Virus record (IMG/VR): IMGVR_UViG_3300017766_001124
Span: 1 to 52,756 of that record
Reading direction: 5' to 3' (one strand)
DNA from: a virus
Taxonomy: Duplodnaviria; Caudoviricetes
Length of the DNA: 52,756 nucleotides
A program made the position numbers and the translations under genes. The notes under the pieces are model-generated. The model was not told the DNA's origin. It saw only the letters and a list, made by a program, of their open reading frames with translations, and did no database searches. The first letter of the stretch is position 1; each line of letters opens with the position of its first letter. This document shows positions 1-7,614 of the stretch, one piece after another.

Positions 1-165
1 CATGTCCTCGGCGAGGTTGGCGTAGAAATCACCAGAGCGACGGTCTTCCTCTTCGCTCAGCTTTACGATTGCGCCGCCATCTTCGGTATCGACAACATCC
101 TCATCTTCATCATCGTCTACCTCGATGACTTCGCCGGTCAGGATGTTTTCGTCTTCGTCGTCCAT
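1..165 (-). CDS. Portal protein, N-terminal fragment (runs off left edge)
   Basis: ATG at 165 behind AAGGA RBS; MDDEDENILTGEVIEVDDDEDEDVVDTEDGGAIVKLSEEEDRRSGDFYANLAEDM; acidic N-terminus with FYANLAE directly after the terminase. Confidence 0.8.
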   Translation of the reverse strand, partial: MDDEDENILTGEVIEVDDDEDEDVVDTEDGGAIVKLSEEEDRRSGDFYANLAEDM

Positions 166-177
166 CGCCTGTTCCTT

Positions 178-1647
178 TTACACGGCATAAGGATTGACCA
201 CGCGCTTGGGCGGTGGAGCAACCTCATCTTTGCGGGCTTGTACAGCATTAAGTAGGTTTTTGTCTATGCAAAGGCGGATGGCTTGTGTCACGCTGTCCAC
301 ATAGTCGTCGTGCTTGATGCTGCCGGGGCCTGTGAAGGCGCACAATTGCGCAAGCATCGGTTCAATCCAGTTCTTGGGACGGCCTTCGTGTTTGTCGCTC
401 TCAGGCAGCCAGACCATCTTACGTGCAAAGACGGGGCTGACCATGTGCAGGCGGGTAAGCTTGTCCGCTCGACCGGGGTTGTATGCGTATGCGTCCAGAC
501 CCTCACGCTCTAGCATCTGACGCAGGGATATCCCCGACCCCTTGTCTTCAATCAGCAGGATGTCTGGCTTGCGTCCAGAGGTCATGGGCTTGCTCGACCC
601 GAACAGTGGCTTGATCAGGGCTTGGTCTGCATCGTCGCCGTAAGGGATTGCCATCTCTTTCTTCACGCGACGGATGAGATCCGGCATGCCAAGGTGGTCT
701 TCCCAGCAATCGAGCAGCATGATGTTGTTGCGCTTTTCGTGATGGAACACGCCCCAGACCGTGCAGGCGGTGGCGTCAGGGTCACCAGAGCGCTTGTCGA
801 ACGTCTTCTCAGTGAACGCCGTGTCCAGCGACATGATGATCCAGTCGAAGCGCGGCAGCGGAACCTTGGCAGACCACAGACGAAACTGGCTGCGCTTAAT
901 GATGCCTGCCTCTTCTGGCGATATAAGCTCGCCCATGAGTTCTTGACGGCCAAGCGTCGTGCCTTCGTACTGCTGGAGCTGGTCAAAGAAGCTTTCAGGC
1001 AGGTTGGAGCGGTTGTCGTATGTTGAACCAGACACAATGACGCGGCCGGCCTTTGGCTTGACCAGCTTGCGCACCAACTCCTTGGGCTTCGGTGTTGTCG
1101 TCCACAGCACCTGCGGTTTGTCGCCCAGACGCAGACCCATCATGGCCATGTCCCATGTGTCGTCATACTGCCAAGCGGCCAACTCATCGCACCAGATGCG
1201 TGTGTGCTGCGGTCCGCGCAGTCGCTCAGGCTTCTCGGCCGTGAACCCGCGTATCGCCGCAACGTCGCCGACGCAGTTGTACATCTCAATGACCATGTCA
1301 GTCTTGTTGTACGCCTTAATCAACTCAGGCGGGATGATGTTGAGCAGACCGTTCTCAAAGCAGGTGAACTTAATATCCTGATAGGTGGGCGCTATCACTG
1401 CGCTGGGGTGACAGGCCAGATCGAGAAAGACTTTGCGCGCCAACCATTCAGCCCCAACGCGGGTCTTACCAAAACCGCGCCCCGCCAAATAGCCCATCTC
1501 CGTAAAGTCAGGGCTTTGTCCCTGCATCTCAGCAGCGACTTCTGGCACTTGCTTCTCGCGCGCCGTTGCGCACCAGCTCTTCTGCCATTGCATATACTTG
1601 GTCTGCCTCTCATCAAGGCGAGACAGGACTGTTGTGTCGCGCGTCAC
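178..1647 (-). CDS. terL: Terminase large subunit
   Basis: Walker A AGRGFGKT, LRGPQ...WCDE Walker B, TTTP coupling motif, nuclease acidic motifs SLDTA, IEDKGSG, HDDYVDS. Confidence 0.95.
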   Translation of the reverse strand: MTRDTTVLSRLDERQTKYMQWQKSWCATAREKQVPEVAAEMQGQSPDFTEMGYLAGRGFGKTRVGAEWLARKVFLDLACHPSAVIAPTYQDIKFTCFENGLLNIIPPELIKAYNKTDMVIEMYNCVGDVAAIRGFTAEKPERLRGPQHTRIWCDELAAWQYDDTWDMAMMGLRLGDKPQVLWTTTPKPKELVRKLVKPKAGRVIVSGSTYDNRSNLPESFFDQLQQYEGTTLGRQELMGELISPEEAGIIKRSQFRLWSAKVPLPRFDWIIMSLDTAFTEKTFDKRSGDPDATACTVWGVFHHEKRNNIMLLDCWEDHLGMPDLIRRVKKEMAIPYGDDADQALIKPLFGSSKPMTSGRKPDILLIEDKGSGISLRQMLEREGLDAYAYNPGRADKLTRLHMVSPVFARKMVWLPESDKHEGRPKNWIEPMLAQLCAFTGPGSIKHDDYVDSVTQAIRLCIDKNLLNAVQARKDEVAPPPKRVVNPYAV

Positions 1648-2099
1648 TTGCCAGCGGGGTTTTTAAGCATCAGGGTTGTCAACTCTTGCAGCAACTCAGG
1701 CGGAACGCCGGAAACCTCAGTCTTGAGGGTCTCGCCTTCCTTGTTGCCGACATCGACAATCTGCTTGTCGCCGTACTTCTTGGGCTTCAGCTTGCCCATG
1801 GCCCATTTGCGTGCGTCAATGCGTACACGCTTCTCCTGCGCATCTAGCGTGGGATGGTCTGCAATCTCAAGGATATCCTCAAGCATGTCCTCAGTGGCAG
1901 CCTCGCGCGCACGTACGTACTTCTCTGCGAACTCAGGGAACCGATCTAACCACACATAGACTGTTGAAGCGTTAGGGAAGTCGTCGCTCATGCAGAGCTT
2001 ACGTAGGCTTATGCCCTCTGTGAGTTTATCACAAATGAGGTTTCCCATCTCTTCGGTGTATGTGCTGGGTCTGCCACCTTTGGGCTTATCTTTACTCAT
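1644..2099 (-). CDS. terS: Terminase small subunit
   Basis: GRPSTYTEE...ICDKLTEGISLRKLC...STVYVWL HTH, RIDARKW...PKKYGDK; overlaps terL start. Confidence 0.9.
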   Translation of the reverse strand: MSKDKPKGGRPSTYTEEMGNLICDKLTEGISLRKLCMSDDFPNASTVYVWLDRFPEFAEKYVRAREAATEDMLEDILEIADHPTLDAQEKRVRIDARKWAMGKLKPKKYGDKQIVDVGNKEGETLKTEVSGVPPELLQELTTLMLKNPAGK

Positions 2100-2139
2100 C
2101 GCGTGCTCCGCAAACGGACAGGGCTTCCGATTAGCCGTC

Positions 2140-2168
2140 TATCTAGCCCTTGTGGCGAAGCAATGCAA
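2140..2168 (-). promoter_or_regulatory. Putative sigma70-type promoter for the terminase operon
   Basis: TTGCAT-N17-TAGATA (preceded by GC) about 40 nt upstream of terS. Confidence 0.5.
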
Positions 2169-2252
2169 GGTAGTGGCATATGTTGGACCCGATATGCCAG
2201 CGGGTGGACTTCCATCTATGCCTATAAGGCGGGGCTGAGGTTGATGGAAGCT

Positions 2253-2501
2253 TTATTGTTCCTTCCAGTTGATTAGAGCTTGGAGCCTCTCTGCGTCGTC
2301 AATGGGCATGTCGCTAAAGTCGAGGATGCGGCCGCGTATGCGTTCCAGTGCAGCACGGCGCTTGGCGATAGTCTTATCCCTGTCGATGCCCTCAAAGTCT
2401 TCTGGATCTGCGTCTGCGCGTTGCAGGTCGTACAGGGCGATGGCCTCGCTTTCAAATGCCAGAAGCAGGCTGCTCAGGTCTTGGCGCTGTTGTGGTGTCA
2501 T
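2253..2501 (-). CDS. Hypothetical protein
   Basis: 82 aa ORF with GGAGGAG RBS, co-oriented in early gene run. Confidence 0.6.
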   Translation of the reverse strand: MTPQQRQDLSSLLLAFESEAIALYDLQRADADPEDFEGIDRDKTIAKRRAALERIRGRILDFSDMPIDDAERLQALINWKEQ

Positions 2502-2502
2502 C

Positions 2503-2847
2503 TCACTCCTCCATGGGGCATTCTTCCCCCGGCAAGCAGTCGTAGACGCCTTGGTAATACTTCAGGCCGGCCAGTAGGAACTGTTCCATATCGGGCGGCT
2601 GGTCGTTCCGCTCTTGGAAGAACTCTTCATAGGGCATCTCAAAGACGATCTCGTTGCCTGAGCCTTCAACGTAGATGTCGAGGGTCATGCGGATGTTACC
2701 GTCAATGGGATATACGTCAATGCGCACGTCCTTCAGCCATTCGGTAATGTGGCTGTTGATCATGTTCCACATCGCCTCTTCAAAACCATTGAAATGGTTA
2801 TCAACTTTCACGAGGCCATCGAACTTGGTTACGTCAACGTAGGTCAT
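2503..2847 (-). CDS. Hypothetical acidic protein
   Basis: 114 aa ORF, tightly packed with neighbours. Confidence 0.65.
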   Translation of the reverse strand: MTYVDVTKFDGLVKVDNHFNGFEEAMWNMINSHITEWLKDVRIDVYPIDGNIRMTLDIYVEGSGNEIVFEMPYEEFFQERNDQPPDMEQFLLAGLKYYQGVYDCLPGEECPMEE

Positions 2848-2873
2848 GCCTATGCCTTTCTGTCGTGATCATG

Positions 2874-3167
2874 TTATTTGCTCCACAGCCAATCGAGCTT
2901 GATGCCGTCAGATGGTATCTCGCTTTCCTTCACCAATTTGGTTCGTGCGCTGCGGTCTGTGGACCATACACCGTAGTGCGGGGCGATTGCGCAACCGAGC
3001 AAGTTCTCTGTGCGGAAATCAACGCTGTCGCCGTTATCGCGCAGGATGATCACCTTGTGATAGTGGTTCGGGTAGTTCGAGCTTGTGGTGTAAGCGACCT
3101 CCCCCTCTTCAAACTTGGGTTTGGGCTTACCGAAGATGCGGTCGTGAATTTCCTTGGCCGTTTCCAT
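2874..3167 (-). CDS. Hypothetical protein
   Basis: 97 aa ORF; AGGAG RBS preceded by GGGGGCC-UUCG-GGCCCCC hairpin (3182-3199). Confidence 0.65.
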   Translation of the reverse strand: METAKEIHDRIFGKPKPKFEEGEVAYTTSSNYPNHYHKVIILRDNGDSVDFRTENLLGCAIAPHYGVWSTDRSARTKLVKESEIPSDGIKLDWLWSK

Positions 3168-3206
3168 GTCTGGTCTCCTGCGGGGGCCCGAAGGCCCCCT
3201 CCCCTA

Positions 3207-3620
3207 TTAGAAGTTGAAGTCATGAAAGGCGTGGCGACCGGCGTAGGCGTTGCCACCACCCTCGAAGGTGCGCGTGCCGGACTTCTTCCACTTGCGACGC
3301 TCGTTGCCTTCTTCATCGGCCCAGCGGCGCAGGCTGATCTTAATCTCGTAGCCCTCTGGGTCAGCTTCGTAGCTGTAGCTCTGAACGTGCTGGTTATCGC
3401 AGTGAGCGGCGAAGCCACCGGGAATGAAGTTGAGTTCTTCACGGTTGAGAAGCTCGGCCTTGTCGCGGCGCAGCGTGATGGTGGTCGGCGTCTTCTTGAC
3501 GATAGTGTAAGCGTGAACGTCAGACCAGACCGAAACCGATACGCCTTCACCTACGTTGAGGGCTGCGATGGCGTCTGCGTCGTTGTTGATCTCTGCGGTG
3601 CGTTCTGCGGTATAAGTCAT
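3207..3620 (-). CDS. Hypothetical early protein (start MTYTAE)
   Basis: AAGGAG RBS before ATG at 3620; WSDVHAYTIVK and C-terminal GRHAFHDFNF resemble a common phage hypothetical family. Confidence 0.7.
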   Translation of the reverse strand: MTYTAERTAEINNDADAIAALNVGEGVSVSVWSDVHAYTIVKKTPTTITLRRDKAELLNREELNFIPGGFAAHCDNQHVQSYSYEADPEGYEIKISLRRWADEEGNERRKWKKSGTRTFEGGGNAYAGRHAFHDFNF

Positions 3621-3624
3621 TGTC

Positions 3625-3693
3625 AGTCTCCTTGTTGTGGGGCCGTAACCCCGTTGACCAATTCTCTTTGAACGATATCGCATCACCTTGCAA
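3625..3693 (-). promoter_or_regulatory. Early promoter plus hairpin leader (copy 1)
   Basis: TTGCAA-N17-CAAAGA ... TCAAC-GGGGT-TACG-GCCCC-ACAACAAGGAG. Confidence 0.6.
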
Positions 3694-3706
3694 GGGGATA
3701 ATTGCA

Positions 3707-3895
3707 TTATTTAGTATTTTTTTTGACCGCCTTCACCTCAATCCGCTCCCCGTTGTTTCGACGGAGCTTATCCATCTTCACCATTGTCAGGAGGGACAGA
3801 CCGAACTTTTCTGCCACCTCCTCCTTCTTGGCCTTTGGCTTAGCGAGTTCTGCCTGTATTTTCTCCACCATTTGCAGCGTGAGCCTTTTAGTCAC
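3707..3895 (-). CDS. Small basic HTH-like protein
   Basis: KEEVAEKFGLSLLTMVKM resembles an HTH. Confidence 0.5.
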   Translation of the reverse strand: MTKRLTLQMVEKIQAELAKPKAKKEEVAEKFGLSLLTMVKMDKLRRNNGERIEVKAVKKNTK

Positions 3896-4055
3896 TGAGC
3901 TGCTCCAACTCTCTGATTGCCCAGTTTATGCCTTGGATCTCAACGCCCATGTCATGCAGGCCGTGAGCATCCTTGGCGTGAAGAAACACTTCTGCCATTT
4001 CCCAGCAGACGCGCACCCTGTCTTGCAGGGCGGAGATACGCTGGGCTTTAGTCAT
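3888..4055 (-). CDS. Hypothetical protein (55 aa, not in ORF track)
   Basis: MTKAQRISALQDRVRVCWEMAEVFLHAKDAHGLHDMGVEIQGINWAIRELEQLSD; overlapping start/stop with neighbours. Confidence 0.55.
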   Translation of the reverse strand: MTKAQRISALQDRVRVCWEMAEVFLHAKDAHGLHDMGVEIQGINWAIRELEQLSD

Positions 4056-4225
4056 TTTGTTTCCTTCATGGCATCGCGTGCCTTTTTCAACGCAAGCGCT
4101 GCATGCCCAACAAATTCAGGATGACCGTTTTCAAGAGCCATCTCTAGATAATCCTCAAGAAATGGAATGACATATGCCAAAGTCACACGTAGCAGTTCCA
4201 CCTTCTTCTTATTTCCCTTAGCCAT
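4052..4225 (-). CDS. Hypothetical protein (start MAKGNK)
   Basis: GGGAG RBS; ATGA overlap with next gene. Confidence 0.55.
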   Translation of the reverse strand: MAKGNKKKVELLRVTLAYVIPFLEDYLEMALENGHPEFVGHAALALKKARDAMKETK

Positions 4226-4427
4226 TGGTCTGCTCCCATAGGCGGTCCAGAACAACCGAGTAGGGTTCCTCTTCGGCATCCCACTGGTCTTCGATCTGGT
4301 CCATCAGGTCAAAGAAATCGCCGGTCTCTTCTATACCCACAAAGCATTTGGTTAAGCCCAGCTTGTGGTTCACGAACGTGGTTGTGCTCAAACCAGCGTC
4401 GATGGTGTAGTTATCAAAACGGATCAT
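4218..4427 (-). CDS. Hypothetical acidic early protein
   Basis: AGGAGG RBS; first gene after promoter copy 2. Confidence 0.65.
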   Translation of the reverse strand: MIRFDNYTIDAGLSTTTFVNHKLGLTKCFVGIEETGDFFDLMDQIEDQWDAEEEPYSVVLDRLWEQTNG

Positions 4428-4432
4428 GCGTA

Positions 4433-4495
4433 CCTCCTGTGGGCCATCGGCCCTGTTGATCTGTTATCTTTGGCAGACATTTATTCCCCTTGCAA
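4433..4495 (-). promoter_or_regulatory. Early promoter plus hairpin leader (copy 2)
   Basis: TTGCAA-N17-CAAAGA ... TCAACA-GGGCC-GAT-GGCCC-ACAGGAGG. Confidence 0.6.
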
Positions 4496-4660
4496 TGGGG
4501 TTTCGTAATTATTTCTTAGGTGCTGACGAACCAACTCCCCTCGATCCCACTGACCAGAGCGGATGCCAGCCTGCACGATCATGCTGAAGGGTCGGCCCTC
4601 CTCTTCACGCTGGGCGATCAGGGCTTCACGGGCATGCTTCATTCGAGGGTCTTCAATCAT
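4481..4660 (-). CDS. Hypothetical protein (59 aa, not in ORF track)
   Basis: MIEDPRMKHAREALIAQREEEGRPFSMIVQAGIRSGQWDRGELV...; ATGA overlap with upstream ORF. Confidence 0.5.
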   Translation of the reverse strand: MIEDPRMKHAREALIAQREEEGRPFSMIVQAGIRSGQWDRGELVRQHLRNNYETPLQGE

Positions 4661-4845
4661 TGTATGGCATCCAATTCATCTGGTCTGGTTACGATAATAG
4701 CCCAGCGGCCGTCACAAAAGGGAACCGTCAAATGCAGATGCCCCTCCACGTAGGCCATATCATCCCATTCGTCTGCCTCGGCCTGCTCTAGCCGTGCTAT
4801 GAACTCAAAGATGACCTCGCCGAGCTGTGTGGGTGTCATAGCCAC
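4657..4845 (-). CDS. Hypothetical protein
   Basis: 62 aa ORF in packed operon. Confidence 0.5.
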   Translation of the reverse strand: MAMTPTQLGEVIFEFIARLEQAEADEWDDMAYVEGHLHLTVPFCDGRWAIIVTRPDELDAIQ

Positions 4846-5015
4846 CTTTCCTCAATGTAGTCAGCCACCAGTTCGATCACTTGGCAATTGGCCTCTGTGG
4901 CAGCCAGATTGATCTTGGGTGTGTCCATGGCCTTACAAACGGCAAGGAATGCCTCTTCCCTGAGATCTGCGACGATCTGATTAATCAGGGCCTGCCGATC
5001 CATCACCTCAATCAT
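4836..5015 (-). CDS. Hypothetical protein (start MIEVMD)
   Basis: ATGA overlap with upstream ORF. Confidence 0.5.
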   Translation of the reverse strand: MIEVMDRQALINQIVADLREEAFLAVCKAMDTPKINLAATEANCQVIELVADYIEERWL

Positions 5016-5365
5016 TCTGCGCAAATCCCATCCACGACGCCATCCATGATGCTGTCTGGGATAGGCATCTCCCACTGCTTCTTGAGGCGGTCGTCCATGT
5101 TGGTGGATGAGCCGTTAGCTTCGTAAAAGGTTAGGCGCAGATCCATGTACATTTTGCTGTCGCACTTAACAGCCGCAAACCCAGTGGCCCACTCTCTTTT
5201 CGGCAGGCTGATGCGATACCACGCCCCGATGGCGTCACTGCCACGCTTGATGGTGTCGAGATCAATCCACGCCTTTGTCTCGCCGTTCTCGGCCACGAGC
5301 CTCCATGTGGCGGCATCAGCCGAAGAGGGCATGGTCAGGGCGATCAGGAAGAGGATCTTCTTCAT
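5012..5365 (-). CDS. Secreted protein, surface-adhesin-E-like
   Basis: Signal peptide MKKILFLIALTMPSSADAA, W..V......WIDLDTIKR, C-terminal IPDSIMDGVVDGIC with two Cys. Confidence 0.6.
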   Translation of the reverse strand: MKKILFLIALTMPSSADAATWRLVAENGETKAWIDLDTIKRGSDAIGAWYRISLPKREWATGFAAVKCDSKMYMDLRLTFYEANGSSTNMDDRLKKQWEMPIPDSIMDGVVDGICAE

Positions 5366-5652
5366 ATCAGAGTGCTTTGCCACAGGACCGATACCCTTCC
5401 GTTAGAGCTTTGTGCTCGCTTATAGCCGGCCGCCTCCACAATCTCTCCTCTTTCGGCAGCTTTTGCAATATGCCCCCACGCCCTCTGGTCGGGTGCTGCC
5501 GGCAGTTCTGGGTTGGCCTTGCGGACCTCTTCTGTCGTAAAAGACTTATGCTCGCGTGCGTACTTGACGAAGGCCTGATAAGCGGCCGCCTTCCATTCGT
5601 CCCCGGCACGGTCTGCGGCCTGCTTGGCGCGCTCTAATCCAACCTCGATCAT
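5362..5652 (-). CDS. Hypothetical protein, possible winged helix
   Basis: FTTEEVR...PDQRAWG...A..GEI...GY...W.S pattern common in phage hypotheticals. Confidence 0.65.
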   Translation of the reverse strand: MIEVGLERAKQAADRAGDEWKAAAYQAFVKYAREHKSFTTEEVRKANPELPAAPDQRAWGHIAKAAERGEIVEAAGYKRAQSSNGRVSVLWQSTLI

Positions 5653-5855
5653 AATTCACCCTTTGCTTTAATTAGACCTATGTAGGTGTTATCCCCCAAA
5701 ATCCCGGCATACACCTTGCCCTCAAACTGCTCGGCTATCGTCATTTTACTGTACACCTTGCCAGTTTTAAAAATGGCTTTCGCCAATTTGCGAGACCCCT
5801 CAATGAGGTTTTCGTTTGGATCTTTGGGGGATTGGCTGCCCTTCTTACTCGCCAT
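5649..5855 (-). CDS. Hypothetical protein
   Basis: 68 aa ORF overlapping neighbours. Confidence 0.5.
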   Translation of the reverse strand: MASKKGSQSPKDPNENLIEGSRKLAKAIFKTGKVYSKMTIAEQFEGKVYAGILGDNTYIGLIKAKGEL

Positions 5856-6015
5856 GTTTCAGGGTCCGCATCGACTTCTTGAAACGTCCCTTCTCATCGC
5901 GGTCTGTCAGCGTTGAGTATTCCTCAACCAGTGCGTCGTACTTCTTGCCGGCAGAGTACGCCTTGATGGCATAGCCAGCGGCAAAGGCGATTGCTCCAAT
6001 AACAACTTCCGTCAT
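5845..6015 (-). CDS. Small membrane protein (start MTEVVIG)
   Basis: N-terminal hydrophobic segment, C-terminal RDEKGRF; GGAAGG RBS. Confidence 0.55.
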   Translation of the reverse strand: MTEVVIGAIAFAAGYAIKAYSAGKKYDALVEEYSTLTDRDEKGRFKKSMRTLKHGE

Positions 6016-6203
6016 GCTACCTTCCTTCCTATACGTTCGGCTGCGCGTTGACGCAGGCTTTCTATGCGTGTTCCCCGGCACCCAGATGCCAAGTCGTACT
6101 CACGCGACAACATGGTGAGCTCATGATCCAGAGCTCTCATTTCGACCTTCAGGCGGTCGTATTTTGCAAAGGCTTTAGAAGCCCTCTTCAAAATATCCGT
6201 CAC
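6012..6203 (-). CDS. Hypothetical coiled-coil protein (GTG start)
   Basis: AGGAG RBS before GTG ACG GAT ATT. Confidence 0.5.
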   Translation of the reverse strand: MTDILKRASKAFAKYDRLKVEMRALDHELTMLSREYDLASGCRGTRIESLRQRAAERIGRKVA

Positions 6204-6420
6204 CCTCGTTCTCCTTAAACAAGTCGTCTTCAATCCAAACAAAGCCAGCCAGCATTGCCTCGATGGCGACTGAGATCGGGCCAGAGACGGGTAGCTCACC
6301 GCTCTCCATGCGACGCACAGTCCTATATCCATTGGTTTCCGATAGGCGCAGGGCGTCCGCCATCTGACGGACCGTCATGTCTAACTTCTTGCGTGCTGCC
6401 TTAAATTCTTCTGCGGTCAC
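6175..6420 (-). CDS. XRE-family HTH transcriptional regulator
   Basis: MTAEEFKAARKKLDMTVRQMADALRL...TVRRMESGELPVSGP. Confidence 0.8.
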   Translation of the reverse strand: MTAEEFKAARKKLDMTVRQMADALRLSETNGYRTVRRMESGELPVSGPISVAIEAMLAGFVWIEDDLFKENEGDGYFEEGF

Positions 6421-6743
6421 AAAGCCATCCTAACAGCCATGTAGACCATGATAGCCACACCAATCAGCGCAACAACCTTCATGAGGGTGTCGGTAGGCTG
6501 ACCAATCTCATTCTCAACCACGACGTAGGGCGGCTTCACAGCGTCAAAGACCTTCTGACGAATATCGACAGCGCGCTTGAGACCAATCCCTTTAACGTCG
6601 CGGACCATGTCACTTGGCTCAGCGTCGAGGATGTCTCCGGCCGTTTCGTAACCTGCGCGAGACAGGTCATCCAGCAAATAGCTTTTTGGCATGATGGCTT
6701 TGAGCGGGATGGCCCGCCAGATTTTATCGTTAGTCATAGTCAT
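6417..6743 (-). CDS. HhH / RNAP alpha-CTD-like domain with C-terminal transmembrane helix
   Basis: LSRAGYETAGDIL...MVRDVKGIGLKRAVDI; hydrophobic tail VVALIGVAIMVYMAV. Confidence 0.55.
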   Translation of the reverse strand: MTMTNDKIWRAIPLKAIMPKSYLLDDLSRAGYETAGDILDAEPSDMVRDVKGIGLKRAVDIRQKVFDAVKPPYVVVENEIGQPTDTLMKVVALIGVAIMVYMAVRMAL

Positions 6744-6934
6744 TGTGCTCCCAGTGAAATTACGTCGTATTGAATTGCTCGGCCATTGTGCAGCTTGCCG
6801 CGATCAGCAGCCTCCAACTCCATGGCGAGGCAGACACCATCGGACCAAGTTTCCGAGTGAGCGACAGTGGCGATCCACTCGGTCTTGCCGTTTATGTCGA
6901 TGGCTGTGTGCTTGATGATTTCAAACTTGATCAT
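6740..6934 (-). CDS. Hypothetical protein
   Basis: GGAGG RBS, 64 aa. Confidence 0.55.
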   Translation of the reverse strand: MIKFEIIKHTAIDINGKTEWIATVAHSETWSDGVCLAMELEAADRGKLHNGRAIQYDVISLGAQ

Positions 6935-6935
6935 G

Positions 6936-7178
6936 TTAGATCGCCTCCACTTTGCAGCCGTGCGCCAAAAGGTTGGCTTTGGCTTCGCGGATCGTGCTGT
7001 GGCAGAAGGTCACGCCGTTCTGCTCGCCATTGTGGAAGTCAGGGATTTCGAGGTCGTGGCGATCAAACTCCCACGTGCTGCCGCACGGCCATGTAGCGCG
7101 ATACTGGCGCGCCTTGCGTACAGGGCTGCGGCGCGTGATGGCAAAGATGTCGTCTGCAAAGTTGTTAATGGTAGTCAT
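6936..7178 (-). CDS. Hypothetical early protein
   Basis: AAGGAGG RBS; first gene after promoter copy 3. Confidence 0.65.
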   Translation of the reverse strand: MTTINNFADDIFAITRRSPVRKARQYRATWPCGSTWEFDRHDLEIPDFHNGEQNGVTFCHSTIREAKANLLAHGCKVEAI

Positions 7179-7183
7179 GTCAA

Positions 7184-7249
7184 ACCTCCTTGGTGGGCAT
7201 CATTGCCCGCTGACAATCCCCGTCTAAGAGGATAATAAAACATCGTCAA
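7184..7249 (-). promoter_or_regulatory. Early promoter plus hairpin leader (copy 3)
   Basis: A-tract, TTGACG-N17-TAGACG ... TCAGC-GGGCA-ATGA-TGCCC-ACCAAGGAGG. Confidence 0.65.
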
Positions 7250-7423
7250 CTATTTTTTTTCATTGGTCAGTGACGGCTGATAACGGACGATGTCCCAGTC
7301 GCTCTCGAAGTCGAAGGGCTTCCAGCGCCACTTGCCGGGCTCTTGGTTGCGGCGCGTCTGGCCATTGCGGAACATGATGTCCACGAACTCAAGGTTAGGA
7401 GCCCTCCCCCTGTTGGCTGGCAA
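7250..7423 (-). CDS. Hypothetical protein (57 aa, TTG start, not in ORF track)
   Basis: MPANRGRAPNLEFVDIMFRNG...KWRWKPFDFESDWDIVRY; V..FRxG/WxW/DIVxY pattern seen in small phage proteins. Confidence 0.55.
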   Translation of the reverse strand: MPANRGRAPNLEFVDIMFRNGQTRRNQEPGKWRWKPFDFESDWDIVRYQPSLTNEKK

Positions 7424-7425
7424 TG

Positions 7426-7614
7426 CTATGCCTTTCGGTCCACGAAATGGGTAAACGTGCCGTCCGAGTTCTCCCGACGGTTGACGAAGTACGGCCGGCC
7501 GCTGGCGATCACCCAGTTCATTTTGTTTGCCTCCTCGCAGTGCTTGTAGAGCATATCAACTCCGTAGCGAGCGTTCTGGGCCTCACCCATCGTCTTCTTC
7601 AATGCGTTAGTCAT
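7426..7614 (-). CDS. Hypothetical protein
   Basis: 62 aa, overlaps MTase stop. Confidence 0.55.
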   Translation of the reverse strand: MTNALKKTMGEAQNARYGVDMLYKHCEEANKMNWVIASGRPYFVNRRENSDGTFTHFVDRKA

